A stretch of 64,000 bases of DNA from Podarcis tiliguerta. Its lineage: Eukaryota. The notes beneath the pieces were generated by a model that ran no database searches, was not told the DNA's origin, and worked only from the letters and a program-made list of their open reading frames with translations. The position numbers were made by a program, and so were the translations under genes. Below are positions 12,601 to 26,300 of the stretch, piece by piece. Within the stretch, counting starts at the first letter, position 1, and each line of letters opens with the position of its first letter. The DNA is taken from NCBI GenBank assembly GCA_965153285.1, contig OZ229123.1; one strand, given 5' to 3'.

Positions 12601-15600
12601 TCTGTTTGGCTCTGTTGCTATGTTTAAATATGTACTTCTAAGTTAACTATGCTTTCAATTAACTGCCTTTTTCTATATGCTTTTATCCAGTTTTATTGCC
12701 ATGTTGTCTAATGACTGATCCTTTTTTATTGCGGATTTTATTACCTTGGACGAAGTACTGTTAGTTACCTTTTGATGGAAAGGCAGGATGTCAAGGTAAC
12801 AAACAAATATCCAAAGAGAAACGTCAGCAATGCAATCTGGCTACATAACCTTCAGATTGTGTCAGTCCCCTCCCTTCTCTCCCCATCTGGCAAATAATCC
12901 AGTCCACCAGCAGGGAGGATCACCTGCTCATCCTCTCAGGGTGGGGCAGGGCAGGAGGCTTAGGACCCAAGGGCCTCTCCTGTTTTGGGGACAGACTCCA
13001 GTTCCTAATCTCCCACACACACAAAAAACCCTTGGATCTGCAGGTTATTCAATATTATCCTCAAAATGTGCACTATAAAATATTGATGGCAGCCTAAAAT
13101 AAAAATAATATGCACTAATAGCCAAATCTGATGAAAGCAGCAGCAACAAAGCCATCTTTTTTGGAAAAAGCCCACTGAAGCAACGCTGCCTTTACTGCCC
13201 TTCTAAAAGTGATAAGAAGCAATTTAGTCAGGCCAAGGGATTTCTGCAGGGAAGTTGTTCCAAATCTGGGTGCCACAACCACAAGGTACATACTGGCTTT
13301 ATGTCTGAACACTGTGGGGCTCCCAAAGCAGAGTCTCAGCAGAGGAATAAAGTTCTCAGCAGACTTGCATACAGGGAGGCATTTCTTGAGATATTCCAGT
13401 CCTGGGCGCTTTAGGGTTGTTTGATGATGATGATGATGATGATGATTTATTATTTATACCCTGCCCATCTGGCTGGGTTTCCCAAGCCACTCTGGGCAGC
13501 TCCCAATAGAATATAAAAAAACAATAAAACATTAAACATTAAAAACTTCCCTAAATAGGGCTGCCTTCAGATGTCCTCTTAATGTCAGCTAGTTGTTTAT
13601 TTCCTTGACATCTGATGGGAGGGTGTTCCACAGGGCGGGCACCACGACCAAGAAGGCCCTTTGCCTGGTTCCCTGTAGCAGTGGCGTAGCGTGGGTTGTC
13701 AGCACCCAGGGCAAGGCAAGTAATTTGCGCCCCCCCCCGCTGCACTGTCCCTCCCCCAGATAGTCCCTCACTCTCTCTCCGCACCACACCGCACGCCTGG
13801 CACCCTCCCCTCCACAGTGGGCGGCGACCCGGCGGCTCGGATCGGATTCGCACAGCCAGCACTGCAGTGAGAGAGAGTGAGTGAGCCAGGTAGGGGCAGA
13901 GAGCTGCGAGTGTGAGCGCGCCCCCCCCCAGATGTTGCGCCCGGTGCGGCCGGCCCCCCCTGCACCCCCCACGCTACGCCACTGCCCTGTAGCCTCACTT
14001 CTCGCAGTGAGGAACTGCCAGAAGGCCCTCGGAGTTGGACCTCAGTGTCTGGGCTGAACGATAGGGGTGGAGACACTCCTTCAGGTATACTGGGTCGATG
14101 CCATTTAGGGCTTATAGGTCAGCACCAACACTTTGAATTGTGCTCGGAAACATGGAAACAAGTGGCAATAAATGTAGGTGGAATGAGACTGAAGTTAATT
14201 TGATCAGAATGACTGGCACCATCAAAACCATAGCAGCTGCATTCTGAAGCTTCTGGAGGGTTTTCAAGGGCATCCCCACATACAGCACATTACAGTGGTG
14301 CCTTGGTTTATGAACTTAATCTGTTCCGGAAGTCCGTTCTTAAACCAAAGCTGTTTTTAAACCGAGGCGTGCTTTCCCTAATGAGGCCTCCCACCACCAG
14401 TGCCCTTCCACCGTTCGGCTTCTGTTTGTAGACTGAGGGAAAGTTCGCTAACCGGAACACTACTTCTGGTTTTGCAGAGTTCTTACACCGAATAGTTCGT
14501 AAACAGGGCTGTTCTTAAACCGAGGTACCACTGTAGTGTAGTTTGGAGGTGACAAGACCAGCCCTGGTTTCTTAAGAAAAGAGCACAGCTGGCATTTAAG
14601 ACACAGCTAGTAAAAGAAACCACTCCTGGCCACTGGTGCCACCTGGCCATCTAGAAGCAAAGCCAAAGCCAGCTCTCCCAAATTGCTGTTTATTACCCTC
14701 ATCCAATCTAAAACCGCTGCTTAGCAGGACCCCTTCCCTCTCCAATTCAAGGCACACAAGCTTGACCTGCCAGGAATTGTGAGAACTGATATTTTTGTGT
14801 TTCGGGAAAGGAGATTATGTATCTTTTACTCCCACACCAGGATTCCCAGGTGGGATTACTGTATTTGTGGTGCAGACACATCCCTTCATTTCCCACAGCA
14901 AAGACAGCATTCTGAGTGGTGCAGATGGCAAGGAGAGAGGTCACACGAACCGCTTCAATGCAAACTAACTCTCAATGTAATGCCGTGAACAAGTGAGAAC
15001 TAATTCATGGAGGATAACACTATCAATGGCTTTTTGTCTTGATGGCTGTGTCAGACCTCCAGCACCAGAGCTTCAGAACAGGCTGTGGCTTTCCTGCCCT
15101 GCACTTATGGGGCTTCTCAGAGGTTCCTGCGGGGGAACAGGAGGCTGAGTACTGGTCCGATCCAGCAGGATCGCTCTTCTGCTCTCATAAGAAGCCTCAC
15201 CTTTTTGTCAGCATCATCCAAGATGAGATGGCGGGACACATCCAAGAGCTGCCCCTCCACAATCACACCGTCACCACTGCAGGGGAGAAAAGTTAAGACA
15301 CAGGGGAAGAACCCCAAGTGAAGAGTTTATGTCAATCGCCCCACAATCCCCTGGGGTTATACTGTATCAGGGAATTTTGATGCCATAGAGGGGAAACATT
15401 TTTTTCACTTCTCCATCCATGCCATTCCCTCTCTGCCTGACCTACCTCACAGGGCTGTTGTGAGAATAGCATTAAAGGACCCCATAGGTCTCCATGATTC
15501 TGTTCTTGGGAGGTCCAACTTCCTAATTGTCCAATATTCAATGGGTGGGGGATTCATTCATTTCTCTCGCTCTTAAGGGGCCCCTCAAGGATTCATTATT

Positions 15601-15852
15601 GGTGCTCAGCTCTTTTTCCTCCACACAAGTGTCCCTGGGCGACCGCATCAAACCCGACCCCTCGACGCTGCATCCCCTCAGTCTGCAAGGGCGGGAGGCG
15701 TCACTGCCCACTCTGCACATGCTCAGAGACCCCTCCCCGCTGAAGCAGCCCACCGCCTACCGCTGCCAGGAGGCGGGGTCCCAGCGGCCGCGCAGGCGCT
15801 CCGTGTGCACAGCCTTGGTGCTCAGGGCGCCCTGGTCGTAAATGCGGCTCAT
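9602..15852 (-). CDS. ARPIN: Arpin, Arp2/3 complex inhibitor, 226 aa; complement(join(9602..9610,9797..9960,10345..10551,11350..11482,15201..15276,15761..15852))
   Basis: Six exons (92+76+133+207+164+9 nt = 681) join in frame with GT-AG sites. The protein MSRIYDQGAL...KFDPQGKEVEPNFSETRKVNTGFLMASYKVEAKG...GDGAEDAEWDD* is collinear with human ARPIN, and the gene is syntenic with ZNF710/IDH2. Confidence 0.97.
9797..9960 (-). CDS. ARPIN: ARPIN coding exon 5
   Basis: SLAKLDVGTVTKCNFAGDQQTGASWTDNI...GDGAEDAEW, donor GTATG. Confidence 0.96.
10345..10551 (-). CDS. ARPIN: ARPIN coding exon 4
   Basis: KVEAKGKTDRL...AFWLPESEMEKMELEVG...GDGPFV, donor GTAAG. Confidence 0.96.
10770..11120 (+). mobile_element. 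Sauria SINE (POM/Squam1-type), full length, ARPIN intron 3
   Basis: GGGA..GGTGGCGCTGTG head, CCTTTA tail; 13-bp TSD TACAGTTCTACAA (10756-10768 / 11121-11133). Confidence 0.93.
11350..11482 (-). CDS. ARPIN: ARPIN coding exon 3
   Basis: ERYFVLYIRPRLVHRRKFDPQGKEVEPNFSETRKVNTGFLMASY, AG/GT sites. Confidence 0.96.
11830..12600 (+). mobile_element. Degraded L2-type LINE fragment
   Basis: Decayed similarity to the RT C-terminal region shared with the other L2 pieces (e.g. 61990-62560). Confidence 0.55.
13423..14152 (-). mobile_element. L2-type LINE 3' fragment with microsatellite tail, interrupted by the hAT MITE
   Basis: Reads ...RQRAFLVVVPALWNTLPSDVKEINN on the minus strand (LINE RT C-terminus); (GAT)n/TTA tail. 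Confidence 0.75.
13679..13984. mobile_element. hAT-type MITE inserted in an L2 fragment
   Basis: Perfect 17-bp TIR CAGTGGCGTAGCGTGGG; perfect 8-bp TSD CCCTGTAG (13671-13678 / 13985-13992). Confidence 0.92.
14293..14533. mobile_element. Tigger/pogo-like MITE
   Basis: TIRs CAGTGGTGCCTTGGTTTA / TAAACCGAGGTACCACTG; TA TSD. Confidence 0.85.
15201..15276 (-). CDS. ARPIN: ARPIN coding exon 2
   Basis: GDGVIVEGQLLDVSRHLILDDADKK, cctgcAG acceptor, AAG|GTGAG donor. Confidence 0.95.
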
Positions 15853-16410
15853 GATGGCGGCGAACACAGCAGGGCCGGGGGAGGTGGGGCTACGGAAGAC
15901 AGTGGCTCCGCCCACACCCTCCCGGCACCTGCGCAGTAGCGGCAAAAAAAAAACCCACCGCAAAGGACAGCACTGTGATCACCACTTGAGCTGCGTCAGA
16001 GCTCGGAGTGTAACTGCGGGAGGGAGAGTGGAAGGATAGAGGCGAGTCGCCGTCGCCGTGGGGTTGGCCGATTCCGAGGCAGGCATTGGTCCGCGGTTCG
16101 GCCGGTGAAGGCATTGATTGGGTGATTAAGAGGGAGGACGGATGGGCGAAGCCCCGCCCCCTGCACGCGAGAGGAGGAAAATGGCGGGAAAGAAATGGGG
16201 GAGGAAGACAGGGGCGACTACGCGCTTGCGCACTTTCACTTACGCGTGTTTCCCGTGAGGCGAGGCACCCACAACGCTCCTGCGAGGGAAGCCAGCTCAG
16301 GGGACGTTTCAAAGCACGCAGCTGAAAACAGCTGCCTGAGGCACCCCGTTGAGGCCGCTTGCCTGTGCCTCTCCTTGTAAGGCTGAAGCGCGCCAGGTGG
16401 GCCGTGGGAA
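15640..16410 (-). promoter_or_regulatory. CpG island / ARPIN promoter
   Basis: CpG-rich, with GC box (CCCCGCCCC about 16152), ATTGG/CCAAT boxes and a GCGCTTGCGC NRF1-like motif upstream of the ATG. Confidence 0.75.
15761..15852 (-). CDS. ARPIN: ARPIN coding exon 1
   Basis: GCCATCATGAGC start, MSRIYDQGALSTKAVHTERLRGRWDPASWQ, donor CG|GTAGGC. Confidence 0.95.
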
Positions 16411-19199
16411 GGGCCCTCCCTTCTCTCTTGCCTTTTTGGTAACCAAGGCCCTGTGGCCGCAGGTGAGAAGAGCAAGGGGCTGAGAAGACTCAGAAAGTGG
16501 CTCTGTATAGCCAGGAGGCTCACCACTACCAGTAGCTTTTTGCTTCAAGCTCTCTGGCCTCCATAGTGAGAGTGAGCAGAGAGGAAGGGGATGGAAGTGC
16601 TTTAGGAGCCTTTAAAACCTGGCAGGATGGCAGATGCAGAGGTGCTGTGCAGAGCACAGAAAAGCCACATAAGGATCCTTTCTGCACGCCCACCCCGAGC
16701 TCTACTATTATTACTGTTATTATTATGCAGAATTTATTTATATCTCACCTCTTCCCCAAATTGGGATTCAAGGCGGCTTCCACAAATCAAAACAACACAG
16801 ATTAGATACAAAACGCTAAAAATATACAAAAGGCAGTTAAACTCTAGTAGAATTAAAACAATATGAAGAACAAAAATACGACACACTGTTAAAAGCTCTT
16901 TCCTTAAAAAAAAAAAAAGTTTCCAAAGGCCTGTTTGAACAAAACAGTCTTCACACGCTGGCAGAAGGAAAATAAGGAGGGTCGTCCCTCCCTGGGAACC
17001 TAAGCAGAGGCTGCTGGTGAGCTGATGGTCCATCTGGTCTGGTATCCTGTTCTCACAGTGGCCAACTAGATGTTTTGTGGTCATTGTGTCCTGTACAGAG
17101 TCCTGTAGCAGTAGAAAAGTGGATTCAGTGGTAAGATGTGGGAAAAGCCTGGAAGCAAGGATCATGTTGCTCTTATGTCCATCCTTGGTGCCACCGCATC
17201 TAAAAAAAAGAATATTGGGAAAATGGGAATTGCAACCAGAGGGGTCACCCCTTACTTTCCGTGGCAGCAGCCCCCTTAATATACCGTAATGTTCTTTAAA
17301 AGCCATGGTGGGGCAAATGTTTGACTAAAACGGAGGGAAGTGGAGTGCAGTTTGAGGATTTCATTAAGGCAGTCTTTGCCAACCTGGTGCCCAGCAAGTC
17401 CAAAACACCTAGAGGGTACTATGTTGGCAAAAGCTACCTTAAGAGCCCATTAGCTCTACAGTCACAAGTACAATTGCTTTATCGAGTTATGCCCACTGGA
17501 TGGCAGGGAATCACTTCTAAAGCCCCTTGCACTACCAGAGGGCAACATTCTGCCAGCAGGGAAAAGTGGCACCCACATTAAGGTCAATAGGGAGCCTCAG
17601 ATGGCTGCCACTCTGCTCTTCCTTTCCCTACTCCACCTCCCTTGCTGCAGTGCAGATCTCTGCATCGTCCATCCCTCATTACTGCTGGTATGATGATCAA
17701 TCTAAAACTTGGGACTGCATGAAGTGGAGAGTGGGAGCAGCAGGTTGGGTATGCAGCTGACCTGGGATAACAACCAGCAGACATTGGAAATTAAAAGGAA
17801 GCTGTATGGCTGTTTGAGATTAAGGGGGCTACACAAAGTGAAAGCGTCCTGAGCCTGAATGTGATCATTGTGTCATAGGCCAATTACACAAGCTATTAGG
17901 CTGCCTTGATCCAGATACATGCACATGTTTTTTGCAGCTATTTTCCATGGCAGTCCATAGCCAGGGTTTGAACTCAGGATGTATGCTGAGTCTCTGCTTT
18001 TTCCAGCTTAGCTATGGCTACATGCAAAGCTGGTCTACAGGTCTGAGGGAGAAGAAAAGAGGGGGATACCCTAGGAAATTAATATTATTGCTCCATCATG
18101 GCACTTCTGTGTCCGGCTGCCTGGAACAAGGGGCCAGGCCTGCAGTCTTGCTGTGCCATCCTTTTCTCACCTAAAACTATTCTTCCCACCCGGGCCTCCA
18201 AAATAGGAGCTTTTACATCTCCCTAACGTCCAGGTGCTGTATCCTTTTTATTATGTTGCTACTAATCCCCACACAAGGGGGGGCGGTGCCAACCACAGTC
18301 TTGCCACTGTCAGCTCCATTATTCCCCTTTACGTGTGGCATCCCTTATCCCCTGCAAAAGGCTTTCCCCAAACACTTTGTGCATGGCTGTTGCAGAGGAA
18401 GCATTGTTTTGCCAGCAGGGCTTAAATCCTGCATGGGGCAGAGAGCTCTTTGCACAGGCTTCTTATCCACAAGTACCTGGTTGGCTTGTGCAGGGAAAGA
18501 CAATATAGCTTGTTCTGGTAGCATAGCCAGGGTTGGGTAGCCCCACAAGGTCACCTGAAAATTCTATGCAGTGCTAGGAGCTTTCCTTGCCTGGCTGGAG
18601 ATCTGTTGTTGGTGAGCATAATATTTGTGGTTGGTGGCAGAATTGCCAGGCCTGCTGTGGTGGGTGTGTCTATTCAGTGTTGCTGTTGACTCTGCTGCTG
18701 GTTCACCAGAGGAGGAGCGTGACTGTGTTATGCTTGGCAGTAGCTGTGGCCTAGCAGCTGCTGGGGGAGCACAAGGGCCATCTGATGGCCCTGCGTTTGG
18801 AGCACTTCAGTGTAGAGGTTTATAAAACTATAAATGAGAAAAGCATGAATGGAGGGTAGTTTTTCTTTTCTAGTAAACAGAACTTGCAGGGTCATCTATT
18901 GACAGTGATAGCCAAGCAGGATCAAGAGGCAAAGGCTTGTCTCTGGCTGCCTCACACACAGAACCCATTAGAAGTCCCACCTAACCCCAGACATGGAAGG
19001 TTATTAGAGACAATTAGAGGGGCCCTTTCGGGCCACCCCTCCTCACCTGTGCAAAGGCCTGGCTGGGTGCACTTGCACACCTCGCTAAGAGAGACCAGGG
19101 TGGGAGATTTGGGGGGGGGGAATTCTGTGGTGCTGGGAAAGGAGGGCAGAGAAAGAGAGGGAGAAGCTCTGTGGGGAGGAGGGAGAGAAAAGGAAACTT

Positions 19200-20360
19200 G
19201 GCCAGGGCCGGAGAGAGAGGAAGTGCGAAAACAAAAGCGAGATAAAAGGGGCTGCTGCTGCTGCTGCTGCTGCTCTCGCTCTCCCTCCTCTGCGCCTTTC
19301 TTTTTCTCTCTCCCTTTTTCTCAGAGCTGGGTTAGGAGGGGCTGTTTTGCATCCCTTCACGTCAGCCCTGCCTCATTCCCTTCTTCCTTCCTGCTAGAGA
19401 GCGAGAGAGAGAAAAGAGAAAGGGAACTGCGAGCAAGCGAGGAGCCGGCAGCACCCAGACGAGGATCTGCCCCAGAAGGAGAGGTGAAGCGGCCTCCCTT
19501 GCCTGCCTGCCCGTTACCCGCCCCCCTTGCCAAGCCTCTTCGGGAGTCCCAGGGTGAGTTCGCCTCAGCCCCAGCCAGCTGAGCCAAGCCCTCTCTTCCC
19601 GGGCCGGAGAGGAGGCGGGCGCCGAAAGCCCCGCGGGAGGCCCGGTGGGCTGCCCCCACCGCTGCCGCCTCTATCCATCCCGGCGCTCTAATGCCAGAGC
19701 AGGGAGAGAGAGAAAAGAGTGATGGCGTCTGGAGAAGGAGGGAGGGAAAGAAGGAAGGAAGGAAGGATAGAAAGAAGGGGGAGGAGGGAGAGGAGGACGC
19801 ACAACTGGGCTTGGATTGCGGCGCTTCTTGTCTTGCTGGGGCTCACAGCACGTGGGGGCTAACACTCGAGGAGCCTCCCCCACATCCTTGTTGCTCGCTT
19901 GCAACTTTCCCCTCCTCTTGCTGCTTTACAACACAAAGTTTTGCTCTGCAGGGAGCCGATCCGGGGAGGAGGGAGGGAAGCAGGCAGCGGCAACAGCGGG
20001 AGGGGAGTCTCGGGAGGTGCCGGCGTGGAGCTGATGGAGTGGACCCCTCTTCGGTTGGTCGGCTTGCAGGAGGAGGCAGCCGGTGGGTTACCTGTTGCCG
20101 TCTCTGCTGTGCTTGGCCATAGGGGGACGAGGCCCTCGTTCTCGAACCGCCCCTGGAGAGGGAAGTGCCGGCTGGACTTTCCCATTCTGTGCCTGGCCGC
20201 GGTGAACTTTCCCTTTAACAATCCTCCGGATAGGATTGGAGGGGACGGAAAGAAACTGGAGGGGGACGGACCTGGTCCCTTGCATGTTGGCGGAGGCTCA
20301 GTAGTAGCGGGGTTTGCTCTCTTGGAAAGCGCGCCGCCTCAAACTGCAGCCTGCGGATAG
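19200..20360 (+). promoter_or_regulatory. ZNF710: CpG island with probable non-coding first exon of ZNF710 (donor AGG|GTGAGT after 19553)
   Basis: CpG island, (GCT)n in the leader and a strong donor. ZNF710 coding exon at 34361 is preceded by an acceptor (ttcctgcAG 34329), so it needs an upstream non-coding exon. Confidence 0.6.
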
Positions 20361-23300
20361 TGCCTGAAGCTTCTCTGCCTGCTGTTGGCTGGCCTTGCCA
20401 AAGAGCTAGGAAGCAGCTTTCCTGGAGCGGTGGCTGCAAAGGAAGGGGGGACTTTGCTCTTTGTCTGCCCAACCCCTGTGCCTTCCGTTAACTCTAACAG
20501 ATGAGAATGTGTTTTTCCTTGACTGATTCTGTGGACTCGCATGTGTTGGGATCTGCGCTGTGCAATGGGAGTCATTCTGTGCAGCATCTTTGCTTTCTCT
20601 CTCCTTGACTGCCCTGCTGAGGTCTGTGTCATTGAGATGGTTCTTAAAAACACTCAGAGGTGTTGCCCATAGAAGCTGCTCTTGCAGAGTGGGCTGGTCT
20701 GTGCTCTTGGGCACCTTCCCCAGCCCTGTCCATGTCCCTTCCTATCCCACTTCCAGAACTATCTGAAGAATTTAGTACTATCTAGATACTTTGAGGAAAC
20801 TAGTGGTGGTAAAGCAGCAGATGATTCTGTTGATGGATGGTGACCTCTCCAATGATGATTCCCCCCCCCCCCCCGCTGCCATCGCTCCCCCCATACCCAC
20901 TGGCAACATCAAAGGTTTATCTCAGAAATGCTTCAGCTGCAGTTGTCTCATTGAATGGAGGGTATGATCCTTGCAGTATAGGCTAAACAGTGTGAACAAA
21001 AACTCACATCTAAATTCTAAAGTGTTGTTGGCACTTGAGTATCAGGTATGCACTGTGTGGGGCACCCCAGATCGATTGCAGCAGGCAGCACAGAAAAGGT
21101 TGCTTGCTTGCCATCTTCCAAGGACTGTCTCAAAGCAACTCTGTCCTGGCAGAAAATCAAAGATTCACCTTTTAATCAATGCAACCTTAGACTTCCGATC
21201 TGCTTTTGGAATGGTGTCTGTAACTCTTTAAGCTACATTTGCAACTGGCTGTGACTGTAAAATGACTGCCTGGTGAAGATGGTGCCTCCTTCCTGACATA
21301 GCTTGAGAGGAAAACTCTAACAAGGGAGGGTGTTTCATAGGAAGGTAGCAATACCTATGGTATTAGATAAGTTATTAGGTAATGTATACCACTAAAGCAA
21401 GGATTTCATTTCCCCATATAAAGTATGTTACTGTTTTTGTTAATAATTGCCGTACTTGTATGGAACTGTTACTAAAGCACTTTGCATATATCAAGGGTGG
21501 GGAACCTGTGGATGTTCTGGTCTTAAGAACATAAGAAGAGCCTGGCTGCTGGATCAACCCAATGGTCCATCTAGTTGAGCACCTTGTTCTCACAGTGGCC
21601 ATCCAGATGCCTCTGGGAAGCCCGCAAAAAAGACCTAAGTGCAGCAGTGCTCTCCCAGCTCTGTACTCCCAACTCCCATCATATTTGTCCCTGCCAGCCA
21701 GAGCTGATGGGAGCTGCAACATCTGGAGGCTCACAGGTTCCCCACCCCCGACATACATTATCTCAGTAATCATTACTCCTTTATGGAACTGAGGCTCAGA
21801 GAGAGTACCACGGGTCGGCCTCAAGAGGTCAGTGCCTTTTCCTTATGGAGCTCAGAGATGGTCTACTGTGTGGAATAGCTTGCAGTTTAATAGCTTTTCA
21901 TGTCATTGGAAAGTGACGTTCCTATGAGAAATGCTTAGAATCATAGAACTGTAGAGTCGGAAGGGACCCAGTTGTCTAAAATGGTGCATCACTTTTCTAA
22001 GAGAATGCACACACCTTTCTCTCCTTTTAATTTTTTCCTTTATTCTTGCAGTAGAATCTTTATAATTGGAGTGTGTCTAATTAGAAAAGATGTTGAAAGT
22101 TCACTGGAGACTTTTGAATCCCCCCCCCCCCCCTGTTTGGGGTGCTACAAGGTTTTATTGGTATAGAATTTAAGGTTAACCAGAAAAAGGGAGAGAGAGA
22201 TTGTTCAGAGCTAAGCTGTAGGGCAGTGGTTCTTGAACTGTTGGGGGGGGCATACTTCAGTGGCAGAGCACCTGCATTGCATGCAGAAGGCCTCAGGTTC
22301 AATCCCCAGCATCTCCAGATAGGGCCAGGAAAAGACCATCTGAAACTTTGAGAACAACTGCAAGTCATTGTAAATACTGAACTACATGAACCAGTTACCC
22401 GGCTCACTATAGTGAAAGGCTGTAGCTTACTGTATAACAACTGTTTTGCATGCAGAAGGTCCCAGGTGCAGTCCCCAGCATCTCCAGATAGAGCTAGGAG
22501 CAAACCCTACATGAAAGCCTGGAAAGTTGCTGCCTACCAGTGTAGAAAGTAGTGAGCTAGATGGACCAATGTTCTCTCAGTATATGGCAGCTTCATATAC
22601 CTGGGTGGTGTGGAGAATGAAGTTCCAGGAGGAATAATAGAATTGTAGAGTTGGAAGAGATCCCGAAAGTCATCTAGTCCACACCCACCCACCCTGGTAA
22701 TGCAGGAATCTCAACTAAAGCATACACGATAGATGGCCATCCAACTTCTGCTTAAAAACCTCCAAGGAAGGAGAGTCTACCACCTCCTGAGGCAGACCAT
22801 TCCATGGAACCCAATTAAACTTTTGAGTATACCTGCAGAGCATGAGTTCTCAAACTTTCTACCCCCAGGGCCCACTTTAGACATCTGAAAATTACTGAGA
22901 CCCACCAGTCACAAAGTGGTAGGAGGTGAAAGCCGAGTTTGGCATAGCAGTTGCAGACATTTTCTGGTATCTAATCCATATTTGGAAATTGCTAGATTCT
23001 ATGCCATTGACATTTCCTCATGGCAAGGAGTTCCACAGCTCAGTTTTCCTTAAGCTAAGTACAGACATCTGCTCTGGTGAGATTGTGAGGTCTTCTCTTT
23101 TTTTTAGGCAGAATATGCTAATCTAGAGGCTCTTAAATGCAGTATACCTTCCCTTTCCCTTTCCCTTTCCCTTTCCTTTCTCCTTCTGCCCTCACATGCT
23201 TCTCAGAGTATTTTTACTCTTCTGTAATTTTATCTTCCATTCTCCTGCCACACTCAACTTGAACCTTATTCCTTCCTCTCCCCCACAAAAAGTGCCATTT

Positions 23301-26300
23301 TCAATCTCTCCTCTCTAGCCCTGTTACAATCACTCTAACATTCCTTCTCTTACATTCCTCCTCTCTTATCCCCTTCCTTTCTATTCCCAGTTATCATCAT
23401 CAGTAATATGTAATTTTGTAACAACATTTTATCACACTAGCTAATTTCCTTCAACACCTCCTCCGGCCCTTTCCCATCAGAGGAAGTAAGCCTTCCTCCC
23501 ACCCCCCTCTCCTGACCACCTTTAATCAGCATATAAGAAGTTGCTGGTGCTGGTCCAGCCAATTACTATGGCATGGCTAGGTGGCAGAGGGAGGCCAGTC
23601 AGGAGACAGTGGGCAATCTCTGGCTCTGAGGCCAACCTGGAAGTGCTCAGTGTAGCAAGACTGGCCTCTGTATGGAAAGGGTTGACAGTCACTGCTTCTT
23701 GCCTTGATAGCATCATGCTAGGTTCTCCCAGGCAGGAGTTTCACTTTCTCTTGGTCCTCAAAGCAGCTACAGCTGCAGCTTCAAGCATCAGTTAAAGGTG
23801 GGGAACCGTTATCAAGAATTCAGGATGTGAAACTCTCATAGAATTCCACTGACTTAGCTTCAGGAGCAGAAACACACAAGCATGTGATATTGTAGTTGGT
23901 TTCCCAGCAAAACATTTAAAATGCTTTCAGTGTATCCAAAAAGATAATATTGGACCTGTCAGTGAAGGTCTGGTCTGCAGTTTTGGTGGCTATCCCAAGT
24001 GATCAAATGCAGGAATGAAAAGGACGGAAGGAAGGAAGGAAGGAAGGAGTGCTAGAATTACAGAAGGAAGAATGCTGGCTTGTTCTAATTTTATCTTTCC
24101 TGTTTCACTGTCTGTCTTGTGTTGCCGGTGCATGTACTCAAATATTTTACAGTATTCCTGCCACAGACACATTTTCTGTCTTTCTGTTATCTTCACAGAT
24201 ATGTACTTTGGTGTAATTTCCTTCAGGTTGCATAGACACTAGGTCTTCTCAGTCCCATCAGCTTTGTAGCTGTTTTGCTCTGAGGTTTTCCTTCCTATCC
24301 CTTCCCCCTGCCTGTCCAGCTGAAAAATGTTGAGAACTGCTATACAACCCCCCCCCCCCAGTTCTTTAGCCATGTCTGCAGTGGGGGGGGGGGTGTTTCC
24401 ATGGGAGCTATTCCCCTCCCAGGATCCAGTGTGCCAGCTGTTCTGTGGATCTTCTTACAGCCCTTGAGATTAAAGGCACTTTGGCTTCTGTGTGTTCCTG
24501 GGTAACAGCACTGAAATTAAAAGAAGTGAGCCTATGGGAGAACAGAGCAATGTTTCCCTTGCAGAGGTCTTTGTTCACTAAACTTACTCTGCTGCTTTCT
24601 TGTTCTCAAAAACTAAAATATGGATGTTTTCAAGCTTGCTGTCACATATGCACTCTGTTCTTTGGATGCTGAGTATTATTCCCACCTCTGCTTCTTATCA
24701 GCCTTTTGAGTTAATTCCCCTGTCACACCTGTTCCTTTTTCTAATATCTTCTTCTTGCCTGCCATTCTGTGGTCTGCAACCACTGACCAATATTTAGAAA
24801 TATAAGCTCCAGGAGTATTCTGATCTCACATTTTGGTCTCAAGATCATCTCCGACTGGCTTCCCGTTGCATGTGAATTTCCCTTCATTATGAAAAAGTTT
24901 GATAATAAAATCCAACTTGGGATGGTGTGGAACAAGCAAAAAAAAGTTCCATCAGAAATGTTCAAAAAAGTTTTTAACAACCCAAGGCAGAGACTCTCCT
25001 ACAGTTCATGGTTGTTGGTCATTATGCCTCTGTTGTTTGAGCATAGTTCTTTAGTGCTAGCACAATAGAGTGTGAGCAGGTTGTGATCTATTGGGGTTGC
25101 AGAACTATGCCCCAGATTGTGAAATCTATGTCCCTGGAGGAGTTTGGAACCTCAGGAAAGCCTTGCTGGATTAGACCAAGAATTCACCTTGTTCATCATC
25201 CTGTCTCCAGCAGAAGCCACTGCCAAACAGATGTTCCTGGGAATCCCAGAAGCCCAGGCATGAAGGAAAGAGACCGTTCCCACAGCTATGTGGACCCTTT
25301 GCCTCTTGAACATGGAGATACCAGTGGCTAATAACAGTTGATAGGCCTCTCTGCCATGAATTTGTCATTGCTACATCTTGAGGCAGCAAAATCTGTGGAT
25401 TAATTATGTGTTGTGAGAGGAGGTACTGCTTTCATCTATCCAGGCCCTACTGTCAATCAGTTTAATTGGTTCTAGTCTTGTGGGAAGTTTTCCATGAAAT
25501 TTCAAATTTTCCCACTCCCCTAAATCACTTGAGATCTGACCTGGCATGTTTATTGGTTCATATAAGTGAAAACAAAATGCCATGTTAAATTTGTGTGCTG
25601 TAAATACCTCCAACAGTCAAAAGTAGTTGAACTGAAATATAAGGGTGAGGCAAATCCACAAAACACACTTGCAGCACAATCCTATAATCAAGTTAGGCCA
25701 AATGGGAGCTATAAGGTACAGTGGAAGCCCCACTGTCCTAGCATAAGTTGAAGATAATGTCTGTTGGACTAGAGATACCAGCAACACACCTGCAACACCA
25801 GCAGAACTCTTCTAGCATAAGCTCAAAACAATGCTGAGATGTGGATGGAACTGGGGAGAAGCAGAATTATGCTGAACCTTGTAGTGCTTCAGATGTTTTT
25901 CCTGCCCCAATGCCAGAAAAAAGTCCTGACCGCAACGCCAACTACAGAACAGCTGTATGTGAAATATCACCCACTCAGTGGACTGGAGTAAGAGCCACTG
26001 TTCCCCATACCCTCTTGCCCTACTCATGATGCCACAGAATCTAATCACAGCACACCAATATCAGTGTCAAAATCCCAGGGAGAGAAAGACCACAACTCAA
26101 ATGACGGGTCATGAGACTTTATTGCTCTGATCTCATGTCATGCATAGAAAGAGCACATTGGTAACACTTCTTTCCCAGACCTCTTACAGGTACTTTGTCT
26201 TGGGACTTCAGGTCAAAACACTCTACTCCCTCTCTCAAACTGGGGAGGCCAGAACAAAGCATCCCCACAAGCAAGCTACTAAGTTTAAGTGTTGCAGCTG

